Of a stretch of DNA of 64,000 bases, positions 35,757 through 47,531 are shown piece by piece. This DNA comes from Scenedesmus sp. PABB004 (Eukaryota). The notes under the pieces were generated by a model that did no database searches, had not been told where the DNA came from, and was given only the letters and a program-made list of their open reading frames with translations. The translations under genes and the position numbers were made by a program. Numbering within the stretch: position 1 is the first letter of the stretch; every line of letters starts with the position of its first letter. The stretch is taken from assembly GCA_014905635.1 (NCBI GenBank), contig JABVCE010000012.1, positions 372,001 to 436,000 of the forward strand, read 5' to 3'.

Positions 35757-38700
35757 TCAGAGCACGCGCGTATTGTATGAGCGGCAGGCGGGGCAGGCGT
35801 GGTAAACATAGTGGTAGGGCGCCGCGCCGACGGCGCCGCAGTCCTGGCAGAGCACGGCCTGGGTGCGGCCCGCGTACGCGGGCGGCAAGCTCGCCGCCTC
35901 TGCGGCGAGGAGGGAGTCGATCATCTGGAAGTACATGCCCATGTTGCCGATCGACTTGCAGCACAGCGGGCAGGTGTAGGCGTAGCGCGCGTACTGCGCG
36001 AAGCACGCGCTGTGCAGGAAGTGCCCGCACGGGAGCTCCTTGATCGGCGTCGCCGAGTCAAAGAGGTACTCGTGGCACACGGGGCAGTTGCCCTCCATCG
36101 CGCGCTCGCGGCAGGTGTGGCTCTCAAACAGGGTGAGGCTCATGCACGCGTTGCACTGCATGCAGTGGAAAAAGTCGACGCCGAGGCCCTTGCCGCGCCG
36201 GCAGACGTTGCAAAAGGGGCAGTGGTAGATGTCCCGCCCCGGCGCGTCGTCAAAGAGGTGGCAGATGCCGCAGTAGTAGCGCGACAGGCACGACCCGCAC
36301 GACCCGCACGACCCGCCGACCGGCTGCCGCGCGCCGCAGTGCATGCAGACCATCTCCGCCACGGCGTAGCGGTCGAGGCGGTGCCCCGTCGCCTCGTCGT
36401 GGCACAGCCTGCGCGGCGACGGACGCGCGGCGGCGCGGCGCGCGCGGCGACGGAAGCGCGGTCGGTGGCGAGATCGGCGGCGGGGCAGCGCGGCGCGCGG
36501 CGCGCGGCAGGGCGTGCGCCGGCCGCGGATGGGCGGGCGCGCACCGGCAGGTGAAGACCTTGCCGCAGCACGGCGCCACGAGCTGCGCGGAGCGCCGGTA
36601 GTGCTTGCAGCCGAGCACCCCGGCCGCGGCGTCGGCGTAGGTCTTGTGCGCCTCGCCCACCGCGGCGCCGCCGCCCGGCGCCGCCGGCTCCTGCTGCTGC
36701 TGCTGCTGCTCGCCCGCCGCCGCGGCGCCGGCGCGCGCGCCAGCGTCGCTGCCGTGGTGGTGGTGGCAGCAGCCGCCGCCGGCGGCCGCGCCGCCCGCTG
36801 CCGCTGCCGCGCCGCCGCCGCTGCCGCCGGCCGCCGGCGCCTCTGCGCCGCGCGCGCCGCCGCCGCCGCCGGACGCCGCCGCGCCGCCGCCGCCGCCTGC
36901 GGCGCGGTTCATGCGGCGCTGCTGCGCGACGATGTAGCGGCTGACCATGATGTTCTGGATGAGGTAGGCCTTGCGGTCGGGCTCGAGGCTCGCGTCACTG
37001 CTCACGCGCCGGATCGCGGCCTCGAGCTGCGCCTGGTTGATGTTGAAGATCTCCTCCCAGCCGGGCGTGTAGGCAGCGCTCTCGGCGACCGTGCCGGAGA
37101 CCTCGGTCTGCGTCGCGAGCGCCGCCGCCGCGGCCGACGCAGACGCCGCCGCGCCCGGGCCGCGCGCCGCGCCGCCGGCGCCGCCGCCGGCGTCGCCGGC
37201 GCCGGGCGCGGAGAGGTACTGCGCGACCGCCGCGAGGCCCTCCTGCTCGGCCGCCGCGGCCGCCGCGGCCGCGGCCGCGCCGCCGCTCGGCGCGGGTCGA
37301 GCACCGCGCGCGGCGTCGTCGCGGCGCCGGCGCCGGCGCCGGCGCCGCCGGGGGCCTGCACCGCGTCGAGCCACTGGTCAAACATGGTGTTCTTGGTCGC
37401 CTCGCGCAGGCTGCCCATCATGGCCTCCTTCTCCTCCTCGCTGAACGACCCGGTCACCCACGGCAGCAGCGCCTGGGTGGGTGCGCGGCGGCGGCGCGGC
37501 GGTGGGTGCGCGGCGGCGCAGCAGCGCGCGGCGGCGGCAGGCGGTGGCGGCGGCGGCGGGCGGCGGGCGGCGGCGGCGTGCCGCTGCTCCGCGGCGCACC
37601 TGCAGCACCTCCGCGCCGGTGCGGCCGATGATGACGCCCACGAGGTGCTGCTGCTCCGCGGGCGTGAAGTGCTCGCTGAAGAGGGGCCATAGCTCCGCCT
37701 CCTCCGCGCGCACGTGCGTCTCGAGGCTCGCGCGCACCGCGGCGCACATGCGGCGCAGCGTGAGCGCGAGCTCGCGCGCCTCGCCCGCGCTGCCCGACGC
37801 CTTGAGCCGGCCGATGACGCGCTCGAGGTCGACAAACAGCTGCTCCTCCTGCGTTGAAGCAGGCGCGGTGGCGGCGGCGGCAGGCGCGGGCGGCAGGCGC
37901 GGCGGCAGGCGGCGGCGCGGGCGGCGCGTGAGCGCAGCGCGGGCGCTCGAGAGTAGCACGGCCGCGGCAGCCGCGGCGCGCATGCCCGGGCCCCCGCCGC
38001 GCGCCCGCGTCCGCAGTGTCCACACAGCGCCCGCCGCACCTGCTCGTGGTCCAGCGTGTACGCGTGGCTCACGTTGTGCAGCGCCTCCTTTGACTCGAGG
38101 GCCGGGAACACGATCTCGTCCTCCGCCTTGCTGTGCGCGCGGTAGATGCCCCACAGGAACTGGAAGCGCCCGTCGAGCTGCTGCAGCGACAGCGACACGC
38201 CGCGCAGCAGCGCCGCGCCGCTGCCGGCCGCGCCGACCGCGCCGCCGCTGCTCGATGCAGGCGGCTGCTGCTGCGGCGGCTCGGGCGGCTGCCCCTGCGG
38301 CGTGTCCGCTGCAGGCGCCTGCTGCTGCTGCTGCTGCTGCTGCGGCTCGGCCGCCGGCTGCGGCCCGCCGGCCGCCTGCTCCTGCTGCTGCTGCGCCGCC
38401 TCGCCCGGCTGCGCCTGCTGCTGCTCACGCGCCTCCGCCGCCTCGAGTGCCTCGCAGCTCGACAGCACCGCGTGCTCCAGCGCCGCCGCCTCAGCCTCGA
38501 GCTGCCGCAGCTCGCGGCGCAGCGCCTTGTGAAACTGAAAGATGTGGTCGATCGGGCTGTGCCCCGGCACGCCCTCGTCGCCAGCAGCGGGCGCGGCGGG
38601 CGCCGCCGGCTGCGCGCCCGCGCCTGCGGGCGCCGCCGCGGCGCCGCCGCCGCCCGCCGCTCCGCCGCCAGCCGCGGCCGCGGCGTCCCGCTGCTGCGGT

Positions 38701-41113
38701 GCGCCCCCCGGCGCCTGGGCGCCCTCCAGCTGCTGCTGCTGCTCCTGCTCCGGCTCGCCGCGCGGCAGGCTGCCCGCGGACGCCAGCGCCGCCGCGGCGC
38801 CCTCCGCCGCGCCAGCGCCCGCGGCGGCCGCCGCAGCTGCGGCCGCCGCGGCGGTGGGCGTCGCGTCCGCCGAGCTGCTCTCCGGCGCGTCGCCGAGGCG
38901 CTGCCGCTTGCGCGGCGAGCCGCTGCCGCCGTCGGAGGCCTGCCGGATGAGCCGCAGCTCGCAGGTGTCGTTGGCGAAGTAGCAGGGGTCGTGCATGTTG
39001 CGCACGACCGCCGCCGCCGCCGCCGCATCGGCGGCATCGACGTCGTCGCCGCCGCGCGGCGCCGCGCCGGCGGCGGCGGCGGCCTCGAGGCTCGCCACGC
39101 TGCCGCAGGAGCGGCAGAGCGCCTCGATGACCGCCGCCGGCACGACGCCCGCGAGGTGCGCGTGCGTGTCGGGCGCGCCCTCGGCGCCGAGGCGCCCCGC
39201 CGCCGCGTCGGGCAGCGCCGGGGCTGCCGCCGCGCCGGCAGCGCCGCCGGGCACGGCCGCGTCGGGCAGCGGCCAGCGGCCGCGCTGCGCCCAGCGCAGC
39301 AGCAGCTCCAGGAGCTGCTGGTCCACCTGGGGCGCGCCGAGGCGCAGGTTTGACAGCATGCCCTCCGCGTCCTCGTCGCTCAGCTTGCTCAGCAGCCACG
39401 GCAGCACGCGCTCGAGCAGGCGCAGCGGCATCGCGCGCAGCGTGTGCCACACCATGCCGCGCTGCGCGTCGGGCCCGAGCCGCGCCGCGAGCAGCGGCAG
39501 CACCTGGCGCTCCTCGCGCTGCATGTGCCCGCCGATCGCGTCGCACACGTCGCGCGCGGTGCTGACGAGCTTGGCGAGCAGGCCCGACACGTCGCGCGTG
39601 CGCCCGCGGCGCACAAACGCGCGCACGTCAGCGAGCAGGCGGCCGAGCTCCTCGAACAGCGCCAGCTCGCTCCCGTGCTCCGCCTGGCACGCGCTGCACG
39701 TCGCGAGCAGCGCGCTGAGCGCGCTCGGGGCGAGCCCGCTCACGCGCAGCACGGCGGGGAACATCACCTGCGGCGGCGCGCGGCGCGGCGCGCGCGTCCG
39801 AGGTTGAGTCGCAGCCGGCGCTGGCGGCCCGCGTCGCGCGGTGTGCGCGGGGCGGCGCGGCGCGGCCGCACCTCCTCCTCGCTCGCTGTGTGGAACATGC
39901 AGACGCTGCGCAGGAAGCGGTGGCGCTCGACCAGCCCCGCGAGCTGCCCCGGCGTGACGCCCGCCTGCGCCTGCAGCGCGGCCGCCTCGGCCGCAAACAC
40001 CTCGAGCGCGCCGCGGATGCTGTGGTGGAAGAGCACGATGCACTGCAGGCGGCGGAGCGGGGCGGCGGGCGTTTTGGTCAGCCCCGCATGCCGTGCAGCC
40101 ACGCCGGCGGGCGCGAGCGGGCGCGCAGCTGCGGCCGGCGGCCAGGCGCGGCCGCGCGCACCCGCAGCGGCGGCCACGCCTCCATCGCGGGCGCGCCGCC
40201 GGGCGTGTCCGCCGCCGCGCCGCCGCTGCCGTCGGTGCCGCCGCCGTCGTCCGCGGCCGCGGCGGCCGCCGCCGCGAGCGCCTGCTGCCCGGCCGACGCG
40301 GCAAAGGGGCAGATGACGAGGCTGCTGGCGCCGCCGCCGCCGCCCGCCGCCGCCGCGCCAGCCGCCGCCGCCGCGCCAGGCGCCGCCGCCGCGTGCGCGG
40401 CCGGCGCGCCGGCGCCGGGGCCGGGGGCGCTGGGGCTGAGCCACGTGACGAGCAGCGCGAGCAGCAGGCGGTCGGGGATGACGTCGCGCAGGTGGTCCAT
40501 GAGCTTCACGAGCTCGGGCAGCGGGACCATGGGCTTGAGCCAGCCCAGCACGCGCTCCACGGTGTCGAGGGGAATGCAGTAGAGGAACTGCGCGACCAGC
40601 TCCGCCTGCTCCGCGTGGCTGAAGTGCTGCAGCAGCAGCGGCAGCAGCTGCGCCTCCTCCTTGGCGAGGTGCTTGCGCAGCGTGATGTGGATCTCCTCGA
40701 CCTTGCAGATCAGCTGCCTGCGCGAGCACAGCGGCGGCGGTGTCGGGCGCGACGGCGTCGGACGCGCGGCGGCGCCGCCGCTGCCCCGCGTGCTGGGGCC
40801 GACCGGGGCGCCGCGCGCGAGCCGGCGCGGCGGCGGCGCGCCTGATCGTCGCCGTGCGCTCGGCGCCCTCCTGAGTGAGCGCCGACGTGAGCAGGCTGGC
40901 CAGGTGCTCAAACAGGTACTCCTGCGAGCCCCCGGCGCGGCGCGGCGGCGGCGCGGGTCAGCGCGGGGGGCGGCGCAGCGCGCGGGCGCCAGCGCTCGCG
41001 CTGCTGCTGCTTGCAGGACGCGGCGCGCGCGCCTCGTCCTGGTGCTCCACGCTGTACGCCGACGTCACGTTCTTGACCTTGGTGTCCAGCGCCGGGTAGA
41101 CGACCTGGACGGC

Positions 41114-41148
<35 letters not shown>

Positions 41149-41547
41149 CGGCGCGCTCAGCAGCAGCGGCCGGCCCGGGCACGCCCGGCCGGCGGCGAGC
41201 CCTGCGCACAGCGCGACGCCGCGCGGGGGCGGCGCTGGGGGTCCCACCTCGTCCTCCACGCTGGAGTGGTACTTGTAGACCTGCTCAAGGAAGCGGTAGC
41301 GCTCCTTGAGGTGCGCGAGCCGCTGCAGCAGCTCCGCCTCGCTGCCCGCCTCCAGCTCCAGGGCCCAGCGCGACAGGTTGTCGAGCTCGGTGCGTATGGA
41401 CTCGTGGAGGTGGCCGTAGAGGAAGTTGATGGGCGGGTGCGCGGAGGACGGCGAGCCATCGCCGACGTCTGCTGCTGCCGCTCCCCCCGCGCCTCCAGCG
41501 CCCCCCAGCGCCTCGGCGGGCAGGCGGGGCGCCAGCGCAGCCGCCAT
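35757..41547 (-). CDS. BTS: BRUTUS/HRZ-like iron-sensing E3 ligase (hemerythrin domains + CHY zinc finger + RING + zinc ribbon)
   Basis: [105 protein letters not shown]-terminal [12 protein letters not shown]. Confidence 0.95.
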
Positions 41548-41912
41548 GGCGCCCCAGGCCGCGCCCGGGCTCGCCGCGGCCGCGGTCGCGCGCTACGCGC
41601 GCGCGAGCATCCCTCCGCGCGCGTGGCGGGCTGCGGGCTGCGCGCAGCGGCTGCGCCGGCGGTCGTGGAGTCGTCACGGGGTCGGGACGCGCGAATGCGG
41701 GCCGCGGGGCGCGAGAGGGATCGACGAGGGAGCAGCAGCAGCAGCGCTCCAGGCAGGCCAAGCGGTGGGGCACAAGCGGTGTGCAACACTCCAACGCGGG
41801 CGCGCCCCCCAACAGTCGTCACTCACACAGCACTCGGCGCCGGTGGCCTGCATTCTAGCCGCCGCCGCGCTGGGCGGCGCCGTCGACGGCAGCGGCAGCG
41901 GCGCCGCCGCGC

Positions 41913-42712
41913 ATGCTGCGCGTTCGGCGGCCGCCGCCATGCGGCCGCGCCACGGCGGTAAGCGCGCAGCTGCTCGGCGCGATTGGCGAGTCAGCAGTGG
42001 CCGCCGCCGTCGCCGACCCGCGCCGGCCGCCGCCGCCGCAGACGCCGCGCGCGACCGCGCCGCGTGCCACCGCGGCGCCGTCGCCGGAGCCGCAGCAGCA
42101 GCAGGCGCAGCAGGCGCAGCAGGCGCAGCAGGCGCAGCAGCCGCGGGCGCGCGGCGGCGGAGGCGTGCGGCCGCCGGTGCGGCGCGCGAGTTCGCTGCGC
42201 CGGCCGACCAGCCCCCCGGGCGACGCCGGCCGCGGCGCGGCGCCGTCGCCGCTGCCGCGCGCGCCGTCGCCGGCGCCGGTGCCGCGCGCGCCGGCGCCGC
42301 CGCGGCCGGCCCGCCCGCCGCGGCCGCGGCGCGGCATGAGCAGCGGCCCGCGCCGCGTCGCCTCCAAGATGGGGCACCCTGCCATGCGCCTCGCCACCAG
42401 CGGCACGGGTGCCCCACCTTTGACGCCGCCGGTGCACCAGGCGCCGTCGGCGGAGCAGGCGCCGGAGCACGCGCTTGCCGAGCTGCGGCAGGCGCCGCCG
42501 GAGCAGGCGCCGGAGCTGCCGCTGGAGCAGCCGCTGGGCCCGCCTGCAGAGCAGCAGGCGGCGCTGGTGAACCCCATTGACGGCCAGCCCTTCCTGCAGC
42601 TGCCAGCGCAGCTGCAGGCAGCCGAGGCGGCGGGGGCCAGGCGGGCGAGCGGCGAGGGCGGCGGCGTGGCCAGCGCGGCCGCCGGCTCGCAGCAGCTGGG
42701 CACCGCGCTGCT

Positions 42713-42783
<71 letters not shown>

Positions 42784-45700
42784 CGGCACCACCCCCGCCC
42801 CACGAGCCAGAGGTGCCCGTGTCGTCGCAAGAGCGGCTGCTCCTGGCCAAGGCGGCGCTGGCCAAGGCCCTGGCCACGCCCGCCAGCGCCATCTGGGAGG
42901 GCTGCGAGCCCGACGCCGGCGATGGGGCGCCCGTCGAGGCGGCCGGGCCGCCGCTGCCCGGCGCACCGGCCAGCGAGGCGGGCGCGGCGGGCGCCGAGGC
43001 GCCGGCGGTCGACGAGGCTCCGGCTAGCGCGTCGGCGAGCAGCAGCGGCGACGCTGCTGCGAGCGCTGCCGCCTCCAGGCGGCGGGCCAGCAGCAGACGC
43101 AGCGCGAGCAGCGCGCGCAGCAGCAGCGGCAGCTTCGATGCCCCGCCCGCCGCACCTGTATCAGTGGCCGAGCCGCCGCCGCCTGCGCCGGCGCCGCGCG
43201 AGCAGGCGGTCCCGGCCGGCAGCGCCAGCGGTCCTGCCAGCCTGCGTCGGCGCGCGGTGCGTGGCGGCGGCGGCGGCACCACCGCGGCAGCGGCGCCCAC
43301 GACGAGCGCCGCGGCGGTCCAGGCGCTCCTCGCGGGGCAGCGGGAGCTCGCGGCCGCCAGCCGGCGCGCGGGCGCGGCGGGCGCGCGCGGCACGCGCGGC
43401 ACGCCGGCGGGCGCCCGGCGCGGTGGCGCCGCGCCCAGCGCGAGCGCGGCCGTTGCCGGCGGTGCGGGTAAGCCCGGGGACGTGGTGCAGCTCAATGGCA
43501 AGTGGGTGCTCGTGGGCTTTGAGGCCGACGCCGCCGCAGTGCAGGGCCTCGTGCCCGCGCTGCAGGCGCGCCTGCGCGCCGCGGTGACGGCGGAGCAGGA
43601 GCACGAGGCGGCCGCGCTGCGGACGCTCTACGCGCGCAGCAGCCTGCACCGGCTGCAGAAGGACGGGCTCGCGTTGCTCGGGCTGCGGGTGCGGCGCGGC
43701 GCGGCGCGGCGCGGCGCGGCGCGCAGGGGGGAGGGGGGGGGGGCAGCAGCGCCCCGTCCACGCGCGCCGTGCGCTGAGCACGCCGCCACCGCCGCCGCCG
43801 CCGCCGCCGTGCCGCAGGCGGTGCCGCACGGCGTGCTCTTCTCCAGCATGGTCTGGAAGTTCACGCCCCGCCCCGGCGCCGCGCGGCGGGAGCTGCCGCA
43901 CCACCGCTTCCGCCAGGGCGACTCGCTGCTCGTCTCGCGCTTTGCCGACGGCGGCGGCGAAGAGGTGCGGCCGCGGCGCGGGCGGGCGGCGGCGGCGCGG
44001 CGGTGGCGGCGCGGGGCTGACGCCGCGCGCGGCCGGCCGCGCGCCGCAGACGGGAGGTGACGGCGGCGCCGGCGCCGGCGCGGCGCCTGGAGTCGGCGGC
44101 GGCGGCGGCGGCGGCGGGCTGCGGCCGCTAGACGCGACCGTGCTGGAGGTGCGCCGAGGGGCTGGAGGGGCGCCTGCGCCCGTGCCGGCGCCCGCGCCCG
44201 CGCCGGCGGCGCCTCCCCGGCCGACCCCGCGCGCGCGCCCGCGCGCGCCTTTTGCCCGACCGCCAGGTGCGCAAGGAGCACCTGCTGCTGACGCTGGACA
44301 AGGGCGACAGCGACGCGATGCAGCGCGAGCTCGCGCGCGCCGAGGCCGCGCCGCTCCTCGGCTGGCGGCTGGACCAGTCGGTCCGCGACACGACCGCCAG
44401 GCGCCAGCTCGAGGCGGTCGCGCGCCTCTCGCGGCTGCGCCAGCCGGGCTGCGCGTTTGAGCAGCTGCTGCGCAACACGCTTGTGTGCGCGCCGAGCGCC
44501 GACTACGTCGCGTCGCTGCCGCCGCTGTGGGTGCGCGACGCGGAGTGGCGCCGCGACGTGCGGGGGCACCTCGCGAAGCTCACGGGGCTCAACAACTCCC
44601 AGAAGCGCGCGATCGCGCAGGCCGTCACTCGCAGCCTCACGCTGTGGCAGGGGCCGCCGGGGACGGGCAAGACGCGCACGCTGCTGGCGCTCGTCGAGGT
44701 GCTCGTGCGCACCGCCGCTGCCGCGCCCGAGCGCTGGGCCGCGATGGGCCCGGTGCTCGCGTGTGCCGACACCAACGCGGCCGCGGACAACCTGCTCGGC
44801 GGTCTCGCCGGCCGCGGGCTGCGCGTCGTGCGGCTCGGCCAGCCCGCCAAGGTGCGCGAGGGGCTGCGCCACCTCAGCCTGGACGCGCTCGCCGAGGCGA
44901 CGCCGCTTGGCCAGCGCGCGGCGGCGCTGCGCGAGGCGTCCAAGGTGCGGCGCGGCGCTGTGCACGCACTGCGCGCGCGCGCGCGCGCGTTCGGGCGGGC
45001 TGCTGCCTGGGCGCGGCGGCGCCGGCGGCGCGGCCGCGGTGCCAGGGAGCGCTGCGCTCCGCGCCGCCGCCCGGCCTCCGCGCAGGCCCAGTTTGAGCGC
45101 GCCAAGCTCGCGGCCGAGGGCTCGCTGCTCGGCTGGGGCGCCGGCGCGCGCGCCGCGGCGCCGCCGCTGCTCACGGCCAGCGCGCGGCGCGGCCGCGCCG
45201 GCACGGCCGCGGCGGCGCCAGCGCCGGTGGCGAGCGCGGCGGCGGCGCCGCCACCAGCACCGGCGGCGGCGGCGGCGCGCGCCGTGGCGGGCCAGCTCGA
45301 CTCGGCCGCGCTCGAGGCGGACGCGAAGCTCAAGTGGGGGCAGGCCGAGGCGCTGAGCCGCCAGGCGGCCGCCGAGGTGCTCGCCGGCGCGCACGTGGTG
45401 TGCGCGACGTGCGCCGGCGCCGGCGACCCGCTGCTCGCCGACCTGTGAGCCGCCGCCGCGCCGCTGCCGCTGCCTTAGCATCACGCACGGACGCTCATGC
45501 GCGCCGTGACGGCCTGCGGCCGTCACGCACGCACGAGCTCAACGGCCGCCGCCCGCCCACGCGCGCGCCGCCGCCGCAGGCACTTCAACGTCGTCGTCAT
45601 CGACGAGGCCACGCAGGCGACCGAGCCGGCCACGCTCGTCCCGCTCACGCAGGGCGCGACGTGCGCGGTGCTCGCGGGCGACCCCGCACAGCTGCCGCCA

Positions 45701-46256
45701 ACGATCGTGTCGCGCGAGGCCGTGGCCGTGCACGGCCTCGACGTCACGCTGTTTGAGCGCCTCGCCGCGCACGGCGTGTCGCCGCTGCTGCTCGACACGC
45801 AGTACAGAATGCACCCCGCGATCGCTGCCTTCCCGAGGTGCGCGCCGTGCGTGCTGTGCACGCTGCGCGCGCTGCGCGCGCCGCGCGCGCTGCGCGCGCC
45901 GCGCGCGCGCAGGCGGCGGCGCGGCGGCGCCGCGAAGGGGCCCGCGGCGCCGGGGCCCGAGGCGCCGCCCCCGCGCGTGCGCCGCGCAGCCGGCACTTTT
46001 ACGGCGGCCGCCTGCGCGACGGCGTGACGGCGGCCGAGAAGCCGCCCGCCGCGGGGCTCGCCTGGCCGGGCGGCGGCGCGCCGGTCATGGTGGTCGGCCT
46101 GCGGGGCCTCGAGGAGCGGGCGGAGAAGAGCGGGCACAAGGTGCGTGGGCGGCGGCCAGGGCCCAGCGCGACTGCCGCAGCCCGGGGCCTCTGCGCCGCA
46201 CGGCGCCCAGCCCGCACGCCGCGCCGCCGCCCTCCCCGTGCCCGCGCAGGCGCGCG

Positions 46257-46288
<32 letters not shown>

Positions 46289-47023
46289 GGCGAGGCCGCA
46301 CCCGCGGCGGGCCCGGGGCTCGAGGACGCGTCGTACCGCAACCTGCCGGAGGCGCGCCTCGCGCTCGCGGCGCTGCACGCGCTCGTCGCCGCGGGTGCGC
46401 CCGCACGCCGCCGCGCGCGCAAGGGGTGGGGTGTGGGGGAGCTGCGCGGCGCCGCCGCGCCCGCGCCGCCTGCCGACGCCCCAAGCATCGCCCTGTGCTG
46501 CCCGCCCGGCGCCGGCCTGAACTCAACCGTCAACCCCCCGCCGCTGCCCGCCGCAGGCGACGCGGGCAGCTTTGCAGTTCTCACGCCCTACAAGGGCCAG
46601 GTGCGCGCGCTCGAGCACGGCCTGCGCGCGCTCGGCCCGTGGCTGGGCGGCGCCGACGTGTCCGTGAGCAGCGTCGACGGCTTCCAGGGCCGCGAGGCGG
46701 ACGTGGTGATCTTCAGCGCGGTGCGCTGCAACGCCCGCGGCGCGGTGGGCTTTCTCGACGACGCGCGGCGGCTCAACGTCGCAGTCACGCGCGCGCGCCG
46801 CGGCCTCGTCGTGGTCTGCTGCCCCGACACGCTCGCCGCGGGCGCCCCCGACTGGGCGGCCTTCCTCGCCGCCGCGGCGCGCGCGGGGTGGGTCGCCGGG
46901 CCGGGCGCGCTGCCCGCGCCGCCGTGGGCGGCGGAGGGCGTGGACCCGTTTGCCGCCGGCGCCGCCGGCGCCGGCGCCGCGCGGGGAGAGGCCGGCGCGG
47001 CGTCGTCGCTGGGGTCGGTTTGA
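41913..47023 (+). CDS. UPF1/DNA2/NAM7-like superfamily 1B helicase (start uncertain)
   Basis: LNNSQKRAI, QGPPGTGKT, ADTNAAADNL, VVIDEATQ, GDPAQLPPT, LDTQYRMHP, TPYKGQV, SVDGFQGRE, RRLNVAVTRAR. Confidence 0.92.
42714..42782 (+). repeat. (CAG)23 polyglutamine tract in the helicase N-terminus
   Basis: Pure CAG run of 69 nt, in frame as Gln. Confidence 0.92.
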
Positions 47024-47531
47024 GCGGCGGCCGGCGCCGCCGCTGGCGCCAGGGCGGCGGCGCGGCGGCGGGCGCGCGGGCGGCCGCGGTGCAAGCTTGC
47101 CGCGCCCTGGCACGAGCGCCGCCGGCCGTGCGCGCGCCCTGCCGCCCTCGGCGCCACTCCCGGCCGACTCCTGGCGCGCCCGGGGACCACGGCACGGCCT
47201 CTCCGCGCGAACCGGAAGCTCTTGCGATCGAAACAGCAGCGGCAGCGCCGCGACAGCTGCGGACGCGTCGGGCATGGCCGTGCATTGATCAGGCGAGTGC
47301 CGGCGAGTGCCGGCGCGGGCGGGCGGGGGCGGGCGGGGGGGGGCCGACTCCGCTTGCCCCGCGCCTCGCTCGGTGCGAGCCGGGGCCTGCGGGGCAGTCC
47401 GTGGGCTTGTGATGACGCATGGCCGTCGCTGAGCCCGGCCCTCGCCCGCCGCAAGCGCAGGGCGCGCGGCCCGGGCATCGCGCCCGAGCGGGCGGCCCCC
47501 CGGGGCCCCCGGGAGCCGCGGCGCGGTGCCG

